Part shown: piece by piece, positions 48,837-57,856 of the stretch
How the letters are laid out: every line of letters begins with the position of its first letter
Position numbering within the stretch: the stretch's first letter is position 1
Source of the DNA: Alphaproteobacteria bacterium MarineAlpha5_Bin5
GTDB taxonomy: Bacteria > Pseudomonadota > Alphaproteobacteria > HIMB59 > GCA-002718135
Assembly: GCA_002938205.1 (NCBI GenBank)
Contig: PTKZ01000004.1
Span: 25,587-89,586 of the forward strand
DNA: 64,000 nucleotides
Direction of reading: 5' to 3'
Made by a program: the position numbers and the translations under genes
Notes under the pieces: generated by a model
The model's database searches: none
Told to the model about the DNA's origin: nothing
What the model saw: only the letters and a program-made list of their open reading frames with translations

Positions 48837-50009
48837 ATGACAGATATAAAAATTCCAAAACGAGGTTTTTCGAAAGATGAATTTGAGAAAAGAGTTTCAA
48901 ATGCTCAAAAAATTATGAATAAACATCAGCTTGATGCAATTTTTGTAACAACACCTCATAATATCCGCTATTTCAGTGGTTTCAACTCTCAGTTTTGGGA
49001 AAGTCCCACAAGACCTTGGTTTCTTGTAATTCCTACAGAAGGTGATCCTATAGCAGTAATTCCAGAGATTGGAGGCCCAGGTATGAAATTAACTTGGATA
49101 GATGATATACGTACTTGGCAAGCTCCAAATCCAAGAGATGATGGAATTTCTCTTTTAAGATCCACTCTTGAAAAAATAACTAAAAGATTCGGTAAAATAG
49201 GAGCAGAGCTTGGGCGTGAAATGTCATTGAGAATGCCTATTTTAGATTTCCTAAAATTAAGAGAAACAATTCAGTCAGAAATCGTGAATGGTTCACCAGC
49301 AATCTGGGAGATGCGAATAGTTAAAACTGAAGCAGAAATAGATCATATAAATTATATCTGCAAAATTGCGAGTGAAGCATATGAAGCACTTCCAAACCAA
49401 CTTTCAATAGGTGATACTGAAAGGGAAGCAGTGTGTAAATTACGAATTGATATTGCAAAAAGAGGTGCGGACTCTACCCCTTTTATGGCTGGAATTTCTG
49501 GTCCCAGTGGAGTTTCACAAATAGTCTGTGGTCCACAAGATCGTATCCTCGAAATAGGTGATATTCTTTTTATTGATACTGGATCAACTTATGATGGATA
49601 TTTTTGTGATTTCGATCGTAACTATGCCTTTGGTAAAGTATCTAGTGAAGTATCAAGAGTGCATGAGGCATTATGGCTTGCTACAGAAGCTGGTATAAAA
49701 GCAGCAGTACCTGGTGCAAAAACCGATGATGTATGGAAAGCCATGAATTCTATTATTGAAAATGCAGGCGCTATAGGTAACAACGTTGGTCGCTTGGGTC
49801 ATGGACTAGGTCTACAATTAACAGAACCGCCATCTCATCGACTAGGAGATAATACAATTATTGCAGAAAATATGGTTTTAACAATTGAACCTGGAATGGA
49901 ATATGCTCCAGGAAAAATGATTGTTCATGAAGAAAATATTGCAATTACAAAAGATGGCTCTAAACTTCTTACTAAACGTGCTCCTAGAGAATTACCTATT
50001 ATAAGCTAA
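48837..50009 (+). CDS. M24-family metallohydrolase (Xaa-Pro peptidase / ectoine-hydrolase-like fold)
   Basis: Creatinase_N-like N-domain plus a pita-bread domain. Candidate metal ligands are retained (IDTG, CDFDRN, GHGLG, TIEPG, HEEN). Confidence 0.8.
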   Translation: MTDIKIPKRGFSKDEFEKRVSNAQKIMNKHQLDAIFVTTPHNIRYFSGFNSQFWESPTRPWFLVIPTEGDPIAVIPEIGGPGMKLTWIDDIRTWQAPNPRDDGISLLRSTLEKITKRFGKIGAELGREMSLRMPILDFLKLRETIQSEIVNGSPAIWEMRIVKTEAEIDHINYICKIASEAYEALPNQLSIGDTEREAVCKLRIDIAKRGADSTPFMAGISGPSGVSQIVCGPQDRILEIGDILFIDTGSTYDGYFCDFDRNYAFGKVSSEVSRVHEALWLATEAGIKAAVPGAKTDDVWKAMNSIIENAGAIGNNVGRLGHGLGLQLTEPPSHRLGDNTIIAENMVLTIEPGMEYAPGKMIVHEENIAITKDGSKLLTKRAPRELPIIS

Positions 50010-50020
50010 TAAAAAAACCA

Positions 50021-51115
50021 CTAATTCATTATTGATTTTAGTCTTCTTAATTTTCCTTCTGTAGAATCATGTTCAAGATAACATCCTTGTAGATGCCTTA
50101 AACCAGTATTAGGATAAAATTTTGTTCTTCCATGAAGCAATCTGTGATTATCAAACATAATTAACATGCCTTTTTCTAATCTAAATTTAATTTGAAAATC
50201 TAAAGAATTGCATAATTCAAAAAAATATTTTCTTGCCTCATAATATTTTGTAAGTAAATCTTTTTCTAACAGCGGTACATAATCAGATCTGCCATTTAAT
50301 CTTATTTGTTTAAAGTTTTCATTTGAATCTAATTCAATAAGCTTACCTTTATTTTCAAGAATTGTGTCTTTATCAATAAATTTAAACAAAATGTCGGTGC
50401 TTGTTAAAATATTAAAAAATAGTTCATTTTTTTTTCTTAAATGCTCGCAAACACTATAACCATCAACTAAAGTTGAGTCTCCGCCTTTGGCTTCATTAGC
50501 TATACAATGTAAAATTTGAATACCTGGAACTGGTTTTCGGTATGGGTTATCTGCATGCACTGACAAACCTAAAGAAGTATAAGCAAGATTATTTGCTTTT
50601 CTTTTTGAAATAACATCAAAAATTTTTCCATAATTTGTTTCTCTAATAGGGCCAATTATTTCTGCAAATCTTAAAATTTCATTTTCTTTTGATTTAAGAT
50701 TATTGATTATCACAAATCCATATTCATAAAATTTTTCTAACATTTTAATAAATAAATTTTCATCATTTTTCAAAACATATGAATCAAATTTCAATATGTG
50801 TAAGTCAATATTAGACCATAATTTTTTTTCTGGAATTAAATCTTTGCCAACAATTTCTTTATGTAAATCAGAAATATTATAATATGATTCTGTTTTATCA
50901 CTAAACTTTACATATAAATTTTTATCACTAATGTTATAATCTACTATAAAAATATTTGTATCTATCAATGAAGGATCATAAAGGCGTTGTAAGTTATTTT
51001 TATCTAAATTGATTGCATCTGTAACACGTTCACGCAACCACATTGCGTGCAGATAATAATCTTTTAGTAGACCTTCTTTAAAATCAATTCCTTTGATATT
51101 TTTGCTCATTAACAA
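50021..51115 (-). CDS. TauD/TfdA-family Fe(II)/2-oxoglutarate dioxygenase, gamma-butyrobetaine-hydroxylase-like
   Basis: 364 aa with a small N-terminal domain followed by HADNPY...PGIQILHC and a C-terminal HGRT block, as recalled for the BBOX/TMLH group. Confidence 0.7.
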   Translation of the reverse strand: MLMSKNIKGIDFKEGLLKDYYLHAMWLRERVTDAINLDKNNLQRLYDPSLIDTNIFIVDYNISDKNLYVKFSDKTESYYNISDLHKEIVGKDLIPEKKLWSNIDLHILKFDSYVLKNDENLFIKMLEKFYEYGFVIINNLKSKENEILRFAEIIGPIRETNYGKIFDVISKRKANNLAYTSLGLSVHADNPYRKPVPGIQILHCIANEAKGGDSTLVDGYSVCEHLRKKNELFFNILTSTDILFKFIDKDTILENKGKLIELDSNENFKQIRLNGRSDYVPLLEKDLLTKYYEARKYFFELCNSLDFQIKFRLEKGMLIMFDNHRLLHGRTKFYPNTGLRHLQGCYLEHDSTEGKLRRLKSIMN

Positions 51116-51180
51116 TAATATTTATTTTATAAATATTATTGAAATATAAAGAGTACAATAAGAATTTTTATTAATTTAAA

Positions 51181-51208
51181 TTGGCACTATGTTTCTACAT
51201 AGTGCCAA
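51181..51208 (-). terminator. hairpin terminator after the GcvT-family gene
   Basis: TTGGCACTATG / CATAGTGCCAA, an 11-bp perfect stem with a 6-nt loop, 5 nt beyond the stop codon. A U-rich tail follows on the minus strand. Confidence 0.55.
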
Positions 51209-51213
51209 AATTA

Positions 51214-52413
51214 CTAAGCTTTGCCTATAGGAATTTGTTTTTTTGGATCCCAAAAAGGCAAATCATCTACAATTGATTCTAATTTACCATAGGGAGAGTT
51301 AATAAAAAATTTAGTCCCTTTTTCAGCATATTCAACGGGGATAAAAGCATAAGCAATATTTTTTTCTAATCTTGGCGAAAAACATTTTGATGTTACATAT
51401 CCAATTTCATCACCTTTTTCGTTATCAACTGGCCAATGGTCGGGCACAAAATAACCTGGAGTATAAGTTGGTGGGACAATTTTAGTAATAGGATCTCCTA
51501 ATATTTCAATTCCTACCAATTTTCTTTTTATGCCTTCTTGTTTAATTTTTTTCAAAGCTTCTTTTCCACAAAAATCTGCCTCCATATCCAAATCGACTAG
51601 TCGATCCATACCTATTTCGTAAGGATTATCAGTAACACGCATATCTTGAAAATATGAAAAAATACCTGCTTCTACTCTTCTTATTTGTGAAGGGCCAGTA
51701 GGTGCAATTTTATATTGCTCTCCAGCTGCCATTATTTTTTCATACAAATCAGCACCACGTTTACCATCTCTCAAGTAAACTTCATAACCGATTTCACCAC
51801 TCCATCCTGTTCTTGATATTACTACTGGTATTTCATCTATTTCAGTCTCTTTGCACCAATAATATTCCAAATCGTTTATCCATGATCCAAACAAGTCAAC
51901 CATAACATTTTTAGATTTTGGTCCTTGAACTTGCAAAGGTGAAACATCAGGTTCACATAAATTGATATCATATTTACCGTTTCCAGCAACTCCCATTGCC
52001 CATAATAATAAATCACTATCTGAAATAGAATACCACCAATGATTTTCACCTAATCTTAATAATATTGGATCGCTTAAAATTCCTCCATCATAGTTAGTAT
52101 TTAAAACATATTTACACTGTGTAACCTGACAATCAGATAGATTTCTAGGTGTTAACATTTGAGTAAATTTAGTTGCATCTGGACCTGTAATTTCAACTTG
52201 TCTTTCAACAGCTACATCCCATAAAGTTACATCATTAACTAAGCTCCAATAATCGTCTTCTGGAGTGTTATAATAAACTGGGAAATACATATGATTATAC
52301 GTTGTATATTCTTTGCAACCCCATTTAAGCGTTGATTCAAAATAAGGTGATTTTCTTACCCTTGTTCCAAATCCTAAATACGGTTTTGGAGGGCTGTTTG
52401 TTGGTTTTGCCAT
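51214..52413 (-). CDS. GcvT-family aminomethyltransferase, DmdA-like THF-dependent demethylase
   Basis: The blocks YTTYNHMYFP, LWDVAVERQVEITGPDA, CEPDVSPLQVQGPKS and SRTGWSGEIGYEVY parallel my recollection of DMSP demethylase DmdA and its paralogs. Family-level call only. Confidence 0.65.
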   Translation of the reverse strand: MAKPTNSPPKPYLGFGTRVRKSPYFESTLKWGCKEYTTYNHMYFPVYYNTPEDDYWSLVNDVTLWDVAVERQVEITGPDATKFTQMLTPRNLSDCQVTQCKYVLNTNYDGGILSDPILLRLGENHWWYSISDSDLLLWAMGVAGNGKYDINLCEPDVSPLQVQGPKSKNVMVDLFGSWINDLEYYWCKETEIDEIPVVISRTGWSGEIGYEVYLRDGKRGADLYEKIMAAGEQYKIAPTGPSQIRRVEAGIFSYFQDMRVTDNPYEIGMDRLVDLDMEADFCGKEALKKIKQEGIKRKLVGIEILGDPITKIVPPTYTPGYFVPDHWPVDNEKGDEIGYVTSKCFSPRLEKNIAYAFIPVEYAEKGTKFFINSPYGKLESIVDDLPFWDPKKQIPIGKA

Positions 52414-52515
52414 AGTAACTCCTTAAAAAAAATTATGAAATATATGATCTTTTTTACTTAATCTGTCTAGAAAATATTTGTTTTAAAAAAAATTTTTTTT
52501 GGATAATTAAGAAAA

Positions 52516-54936
52516 CTAACTTCGTAATTTTTCATTCATAGGGTCATAAGCTGCTTGATTCAATACTAAAGCTTTTCTTTTTATTCCTTGAATTTCTATT
52601 TCAAACTCTTTCTTACTTTTTGCCAAATCTGCATTGACATAGGCAAAGGCTAGGCTTTTGTTTACCCTAAAGCCATAACCTCCTGATGTAACAACGCCTA
52701 CTATTTTGCCATCACTATAAACTGGTTCATTGCCCATAGGATCAGCTTCATCTGTTTTTACTTCTAAATAAATTATTTTTATATCTATTCCTTTATCTAT
52801 TTTTTCTCTTAAAGCCATTGATCCAATAAAATTACTTTTTTTATTTAAATTAAAAAATCTATTCATATCTGCTTCAACTAGAGAGATTTCTCCTGTCAAT
52901 TCACTTCCCCATCCTTTGTAGGCTTTTTCTAATCTTAATGAATTAACAGCGTAATTTCCAAAATTAGCAATATTAAATTCTTTTCCAGATTCCATTAAAT
53001 TGTCATAAAGTTTCTCCATATCATTAAATGAATGGTGTAATTCCCAACCTAATTCACCTAAATAATTTATTCTTAATGCCTTTACTTTAACATCACCCAA
53101 AATAATTTCTTTTCCCTTTAACCAAGTAAAATTTTTATTACTGAGATCTTCAGAAGTTAATTTTGATAAAACATTCCTTGATCTAGGCCCTGCCAAAACC
53201 AGAACTCCATAATCATTAGTTATATTTTTTATGTTAATATCTTCATTTTCCAATTGATTTTGAATAAACCAATCTAAGTCACGCAATTCTGAAGATGTAG
53301 AAGATAAAACATAGAAATTGTTATTACTAAAACGAGTTATGGTTAATTCACTTTGAATTCTTCCTTTTTCGTTAAGCATATGTGTTAGAATAATACTTTC
53401 ATCTTTTTCAGGAATTTTATTTGCACATAATCGTTCTAAAAAATTTTTACTATCTTTTCCAGAAATTTCATATTTTGAAAAAGTACTTAAATCTAATAAA
53501 CCAACATTACTATGAACATTCTCGCATTCTTTTTTTACAAAATTGAAGGAATTATTTCTTTTATAACTATATTCTTCTTTTTCTTTATTAGGCGAAAACC
53601 ACTTTGGTTTTTCCCATCCATAATTATCAATAAATTGAGCTCCATGAGCTCTTAATTTATTATAGATAGGTGTAGTTTTTATTTTCCTAGCAACATTAAT
53701 TTCTTCTCCTGGAAAGGGAGTTGCATACTGTCGAGTATATTCATCAACTGATCTTTTCCAAGCATAATCTTTATCAGCCCAACCTAAATACCTTCTACAA
53801 TCAAATTCCAACATGTTTATGTCAGCATCACCATGCACCATCCATTGTGCCATATATTTTCCAGCACCTCCTCCTTGAGCTATTCCAAAACTAGTACCAC
53901 AAAACATCCAATAATTTTTTAATCCAGGAGCTGGTCCAGCTAAAAAATTTCCATCAGGTACATGGGTAATTGGTCCGCATATTGTTTTTTTAATACCAAC
54001 TTCTTCAAAGAGAGGTATTCTGCCCATACCTTTTACTAAATTATCTTCAATTCTATCTAACTCTGGTTCAAGTAATTCCATGTCAAATCGCCAATCCATC
54101 CCTTCAAGAGCCCAAGCTTTGGCATTTTTTTCATATACACCTACAATTAATCCGTCTGCTTCTTGCCTTAAATAACAATTAGAAAAAGGATCGCGTATAA
54201 CAGGTAACTCTTTATCTCTTTTTTCTATTTCTGGATGATTCTCAGTTACCAAATAATGATGAATCATATTTATACTAGGTATATTGGATAACCCTACCAT
54301 ATTACCTACTTCTACGCCAAAGGAACCTGCGGCATTTACTACATGTTCACAAATTACTTTTCCTTTTTCTGTAGTTAACTCCCATTCAAAATTTGTACAC
54401 TGCTTGATTTCAATAACTCTATTATGTCTATATATTTCTGCTCCTGCCTTTCGTGCTGCAATCGCCATTGCATTAGTTGTGCTGGTTGGATCAGTATAAC
54501 CATCTTCTGGTGTGTGAAGACCACATAAAACATCTTCAACCTTAAGAAAAGGATGTAAGGATTTAATGAGATCTGGAGATATGATTTCAGCTGGACTTCC
54601 AACATTATCAAGTATGCCTTTAACATAATGAAACCAATTTACATCTTCATCTTTCAAGGCTAAACGAATACTTCCACATCCATGCCATCCAGTTGATTGT
54701 CCTGTTTCTGATTCCAATTCTTGATAAAGTTTATTTGAATAATTATGAATTTTTGCTGAATTATAACTTCCAACAAAATGAGGGCATTGACCTGCAGCAT
54801 GCCAGGTAGAGCCTGATGTCAATTCGCCTTTTTCAATTAAAACAACATCTTGCCAGCCTTCTTTTGTCAGGTGATATAATAAACTAACTCCCATTATACC
54901 GCCTCCGATAATTGCTACCTTTGCGTGTGTTTTCAT
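52516..54936 (-). CDS. dimethylglycine/sarcosine dehydrogenase-like enzyme (FAD DAO domain fused to a GcvT domain)
   Basis: 806 aa with N-terminal VAIIGGGIMG FAD motif and a C-terminal aminomethyltransferase-type folate domain. Confidence 0.85.
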   Translation of the reverse strand: MKTHAKVAIIGGGIMGVSLLYHLTKEGWQDVVLIEKGELTSGSTWHAAGQCPHFVGSYNSAKIHNYSNKLYQELESETGQSTGWHGCGSIRLALKDEDVNWFHYVKGILDNVGSPAEIISPDLIKSLHPFLKVEDVLCGLHTPEDGYTDPTSTTNAMAIAARKAGAEIYRHNRVIEIKQCTNFEWELTTEKGKVICEHVVNAAGSFGVEVGNMVGLSNIPSINMIHHYLVTENHPEIEKRDKELPVIRDPFSNCYLRQEADGLIVGVYEKNAKAWALEGMDWRFDMELLEPELDRIEDNLVKGMGRIPLFEEVGIKKTICGPITHVPDGNFLAGPAPGLKNYWMFCGTSFGIAQGGGAGKYMAQWMVHGDADINMLEFDCRRYLGWADKDYAWKRSVDEYTRQYATPFPGEEINVARKIKTTPIYNKLRAHGAQFIDNYGWEKPKWFSPNKEKEEYSYKRNNSFNFVKKECENVHSNVGLLDLSTFSKYEISGKDSKNFLERLCANKIPEKDESIILTHMLNEKGRIQSELTITRFSNNNFYVLSSTSSELRDLDWFIQNQLENEDINIKNITNDYGVLVLAGPRSRNVLSKLTSEDLSNKNFTWLKGKEIILGDVKVKALRINYLGELGWELHHSFNDMEKLYDNLMESGKEFNIANFGNYAVNSLRLEKAYKGWGSELTGEISLVEADMNRFFNLNKKSNFIGSMALREKIDKGIDIKIIYLEVKTDEADPMGNEPVYSDGKIVGVVTSGGYGFRVNKSLAFAYVNADLAKSKKEFEIEIQGIKRKALVLNQAAYDPMNEKLRS

Positions 54937-55892
54937 TTTTTCTTTTTGTAAAGTATTCTACCTATTGTATTTAGTAACAACTGCGCAGCTAGGGTTGATG
55001 TTGAATTTGTAAGATCGTAATCAGGAGCTACTTCTACTAAATCGAGACCTACTACATTTCCTTGTTTAATAATTCCATCTAATAATTCTAAAATTTCATA
55101 ATAATAAAAACCTCCATGACTTGGAGTGCCCGTTCCTGAAGCAATGGAAGGGTCAAATGCATCAATATCAATGGTAATGTAATATCTTTTTTCTTTAGGT
55201 ATTTGCTCTAAAATTTTATCTATACCCATATGTCTCAATTGACGAACAGAAAATATTTTTGATCCTTTTTCTTTTGCATCCACATAACCTTCTTTAGCTG
55301 TTGAAGAAACATTACGAATTCCAATTTGTGTTAATCCTGAAACGTATGTTTTTTCTGAAGCACGACGCATTGGATTTCCATGACCGTATCGGACGCCATG
55401 TCTTTCATCTACAAAATCTAAATGCGCATCTATCTGAATAAGATGAATTGGCTCCTGTTCTTCAAATGCATCAATACACGGAATATTTATTGAATGATCG
55501 CCTCCAAGAACAATGGGTATAGCATTGGCAGATAATATTTTTTTAACTCCAAATTTGATATTTTCATGACTTTTTATAGTATCTGTATGAATTATATCTG
55601 CATCACCTATATCAACTATCTTAGTTTTATCAGAAGATAAGTATGTAACATCATCTTCATAATCATAAGCCCCCCCATGACCAAAAGAGAATAATGTTGA
55701 AGCTTCTCTTATACCTCTTGGACCCATTCTGGCTCCAGAACGAAATTGGCTGCCAAAATCAAAAGGTGCGCCCATTACGGCTATATCTGCATTTATTTTG
55801 TCCCAATTTTCGACATAAGGATATTTACCAAATGTGCATATACCTACAAACGGCAGATTTAATCTTCCTTGATCATATTCATTGTTTGACAT
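54933..55892 (-). CDS. ureohydrolase (agmatinase / guanidino-acid hydrolase family)
   Basis: Arginase-fold Mn-ligand blocks GGDHS, DAHLD and SIDIDAFDP. 319 aa. An ATGA overlap links it to the downstream DMGDH-like gene. Confidence 0.85.
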   Translation of the reverse strand: MSNNEYDQGRLNLPFVGICTFGKYPYVENWDKINADIAVMGAPFDFGSQFRSGARMGPRGIREASTLFSFGHGGAYDYEDDVTYLSSDKTKIVDIGDADIIHTDTIKSHENIKFGVKKILSANAIPIVLGGDHSINIPCIDAFEEQEPIHLIQIDAHLDFVDERHGVRYGHGNPMRRASEKTYVSGLTQIGIRNVSSTAKEGYVDAKEKGSKIFSVRQLRHMGIDKILEQIPKEKRYYITIDIDAFDPSIASGTGTPSHGGFYYYEILELLDGIIKQGNVVGLDLVEVAPDYDLTNSTSTLAAQLLLNTIGRILYKKKK

Positions 55893-55922
55893 AATTTGTT
55901 TGTTATAACTTTAACGATATTA

Positions 55923-56984
55923 ATGGCAAACAAAATTTTTAAAGGATTACCCTCAAAAGCATACACTGATCAAGACTTTTGGAACAAAGAGTGTAAATCA
56001 GTATTTTTAAATAACTGGGTTTTTGTTGGTTTCGCCCATGAGCTAAAAAATATAGGTGATGTAATTCCAGTAACTGTTGCTGACCAACCAATACTTTTGG
56101 TAAAAAATTCAAAACAAAAAATTTTAGCCTATCATAATGTTTGTAGTCATCGTTGCTTAATTTTAGTAGATCAACCAAAAAATATTAAAAAAATAATAAG
56201 CTGCCCTTACCACGCCTGGTCATATGATCTTGATGGCAATTTGTTGGCATCTCCTCATTTCGGCGGCACAAACAATCATAACCCTAATGGTTTTAATAAA
56301 AAAAGAAATGGCCTCAAATCTATTAGAATAAAAATTTGGCATGATTGGATTTTTATTAATATTAACAATAAAGCTTTACCATTTGATAAATATGCAGCTA
56401 CACTAATTAAACAACTAAAAAATATTAATTTAAAAAATATTAAAGCTGTAGCCACACTTGACTTTGGAAATATTTCTACAAACTGGAAATTTCTTATAGA
56501 AAATTTTATTGAACCATATCATGTTCAATTTGTTCATAAAAAAACAACAAGTCAACCTCTGAGAGATCATTATACAATTGTAGATGGAAATTGTTATGGA
56601 AGTGGTGTTGATTTAAAGGAAGAAGATTCTTCTAGTGAATCCCTTTCAGTCAGTTCAAAATATCTTTCTTTATTTCCAAATTTTATAATAGGAACTTATT
56701 TTCCTGGTCAATTAGGTGTTTATCTTAATAATCCTTTGAAACCTGGGATCACATTTCAAAAAAGAATAATTTATACAACTGAAGGTCATAATCTTAATAA
56801 AAATGAAATAAATAATCAAAAAAATCTATGGTGGAAAGTGCACAAAGAAGATCATGAAATTTGTGAAAGACTACAATTGGGCAGATCTTCTCCTGTATCA
56901 AAAAATGGTGGATTATTGTCGCCACATTGGGAAAATAGTGTTCGCGCATTTCATAAAACTATGATTAAATCTATGAAAAAATAA
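55923..56984 (+). CDS. Rieske [2Fe-2S] non-heme-iron oxygenase, alpha-subunit type
   Basis: Rieske motif CSHRC...CPYHAW and mononuclear-iron block ENFIEPYHVQFVH. I prefer ATG at 55923 over TTG at 55896. No reductase or beta subunit lies nearby. Confidence 0.8.
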   Translation: MANKIFKGLPSKAYTDQDFWNKECKSVFLNNWVFVGFAHELKNIGDVIPVTVADQPILLVKNSKQKILAYHNVCSHRCLILVDQPKNIKKIISCPYHAWSYDLDGNLLASPHFGGTNNHNPNGFNKKRNGLKSIRIKIWHDWIFININNKALPFDKYAATLIKQLKNINLKNIKAVATLDFGNISTNWKFLIENFIEPYHVQFVHKKTTSQPLRDHYTIVDGNCYGSGVDLKEEDSSSESLSVSSKYLSLFPNFIIGTYFPGQLGVYLNNPLKPGITFQKRIIYTTEGHNLNKNEINNQKNLWWKVHKEDHEICERLQLGRSSPVSKNGGLLSPHWENSVRAFHKTMIKSMKK

Positions 56985-56991
56985 ATTTAAT

Positions 56992-57414
56992 ATGGGTGAA
57001 AAAAATATTTTTAAAGGATTTAGACTGGCCCATACTATGCTTCGAGTCCTCGATCTTGATAGTTCGTTACAATTTTATTGTGATATTTTGGGAATGAAAG
57101 TTTTACGAAAAACTGACTATCCTGAAGGAAAATTTACAAACACGTTTATTGGTTATGGTCCAGAAGATACATACCCTACTTTAGAATTAACTTATAATTG
57201 GGATCAAAAAGAACCATATGAAAAAGGAAATGGTTGGGGACATATTTGCATTGAAACTCCTGATGTTTATAAAGCTTGTGAAGATTTATCTTCTGCTGGC
57301 ATAAAAATTACAAGACCGCCTGGACCAATGAAACATGGAACGAGAGTTATAGCATTTTGCGAAGATCCTGATGGCTACAAAGTAGAATTAAACGAAAAAA
57401 TTGAATCTTCTTAA
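56992..57414 (+). CDS. gloA: lactoylglutathione lyase (glyoxalase I)
   Basis: HTMLRVLDLDSSLQFY..LGM, LELTYNW and GNGWGHI blocks match the recalled GloA pattern. 140 aa. Confidence 0.85.
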   Translation: MGEKNIFKGFRLAHTMLRVLDLDSSLQFYCDILGMKVLRKTDYPEGKFTNTFIGYGPEDTYPTLELTYNWDQKEPYEKGNGWGHICIETPDVYKACEDLSSAGIKITRPPGPMKHGTRVIAFCEDPDGYKVELNEKIESS

Positions 57415-57430
57415 AGAAAGGAAAAATTTT

Positions 57431-57829
57431 ATGGGTAATAAACCTCAGTTATATAAATTTACGGATATAGAACATCGATTACACACTTTAGAACCTGGTC
57501 AAACCTATATTAAACCTTTTGTTACATCAAAAGTAAGTGATACGATGTGTGGTGGATTAAATTTTCTAAATAAAATTTCTGTTCCATGGGACTTAACATG
57601 TGATGAAATAATATATTGTATGAAAGGAACTTTTAGACTTACATGTGATGGTGAATCTTATATTTGTAATCCTGGTGATGTTTTGTATATTCCTAAAGAC
57701 AATCATATTGCTTATGAATGTGATGAGACTTGCATAATATTTTATGCAGCTTACCCTCATGATTGGAAGAAAAAGGCTGGGTTAACTCATGTTCCTGGAA
57801 TAGATCCTGAAGATATGGGTTTAGAGTAG
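57431..57829 (+). CDS. cupin-fold protein (EutQ-like)
   Basis: About 132 aa from the ATG at 57431, which has an AAAGGA SD. The cupin core is G.F.L..DGE.Y...PGDVLYIPK. Function unknown. Confidence 0.55.
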   Translation: MGNKPQLYKFTDIEHRLHTLEPGQTYIKPFVTSKVSDTMCGGLNFLNKISVPWDLTCDEIIYCMKGTFRLTCDGESYICNPGDVLYIPKDNHIAYECDETCIIFYAAYPHDWKKKAGLTHVPGIDPEDMGLE

Positions 57830-57856
57830 AAAAAATTAATTAGAAGGACTTAATAT

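Noticed and set aside
48837-50009. Calling the M24 protein a creatinase, which would neatly fit the nearby sarcosine/dimethylglycine dehydrogenase-like gene.
   Set aside because: The five canonical metal-ligand positions of metallo-M24 enzymes appear to be retained. Creatinase, as I recall, is the metal-free member of the fold. The gene is also in a different transcription unit on the opposite strand.
51214-52413. Naming this gene dmdA (DMSP demethylase).
   Set aside because: The similarity to DmdA is judged only from recalled sequence blocks. SAR11-type genomes carry several GcvT-family paralogs, and the neighbours point to N-methyl rather than S-methyl substrates. Only a family-level call is justified without phylogeny.
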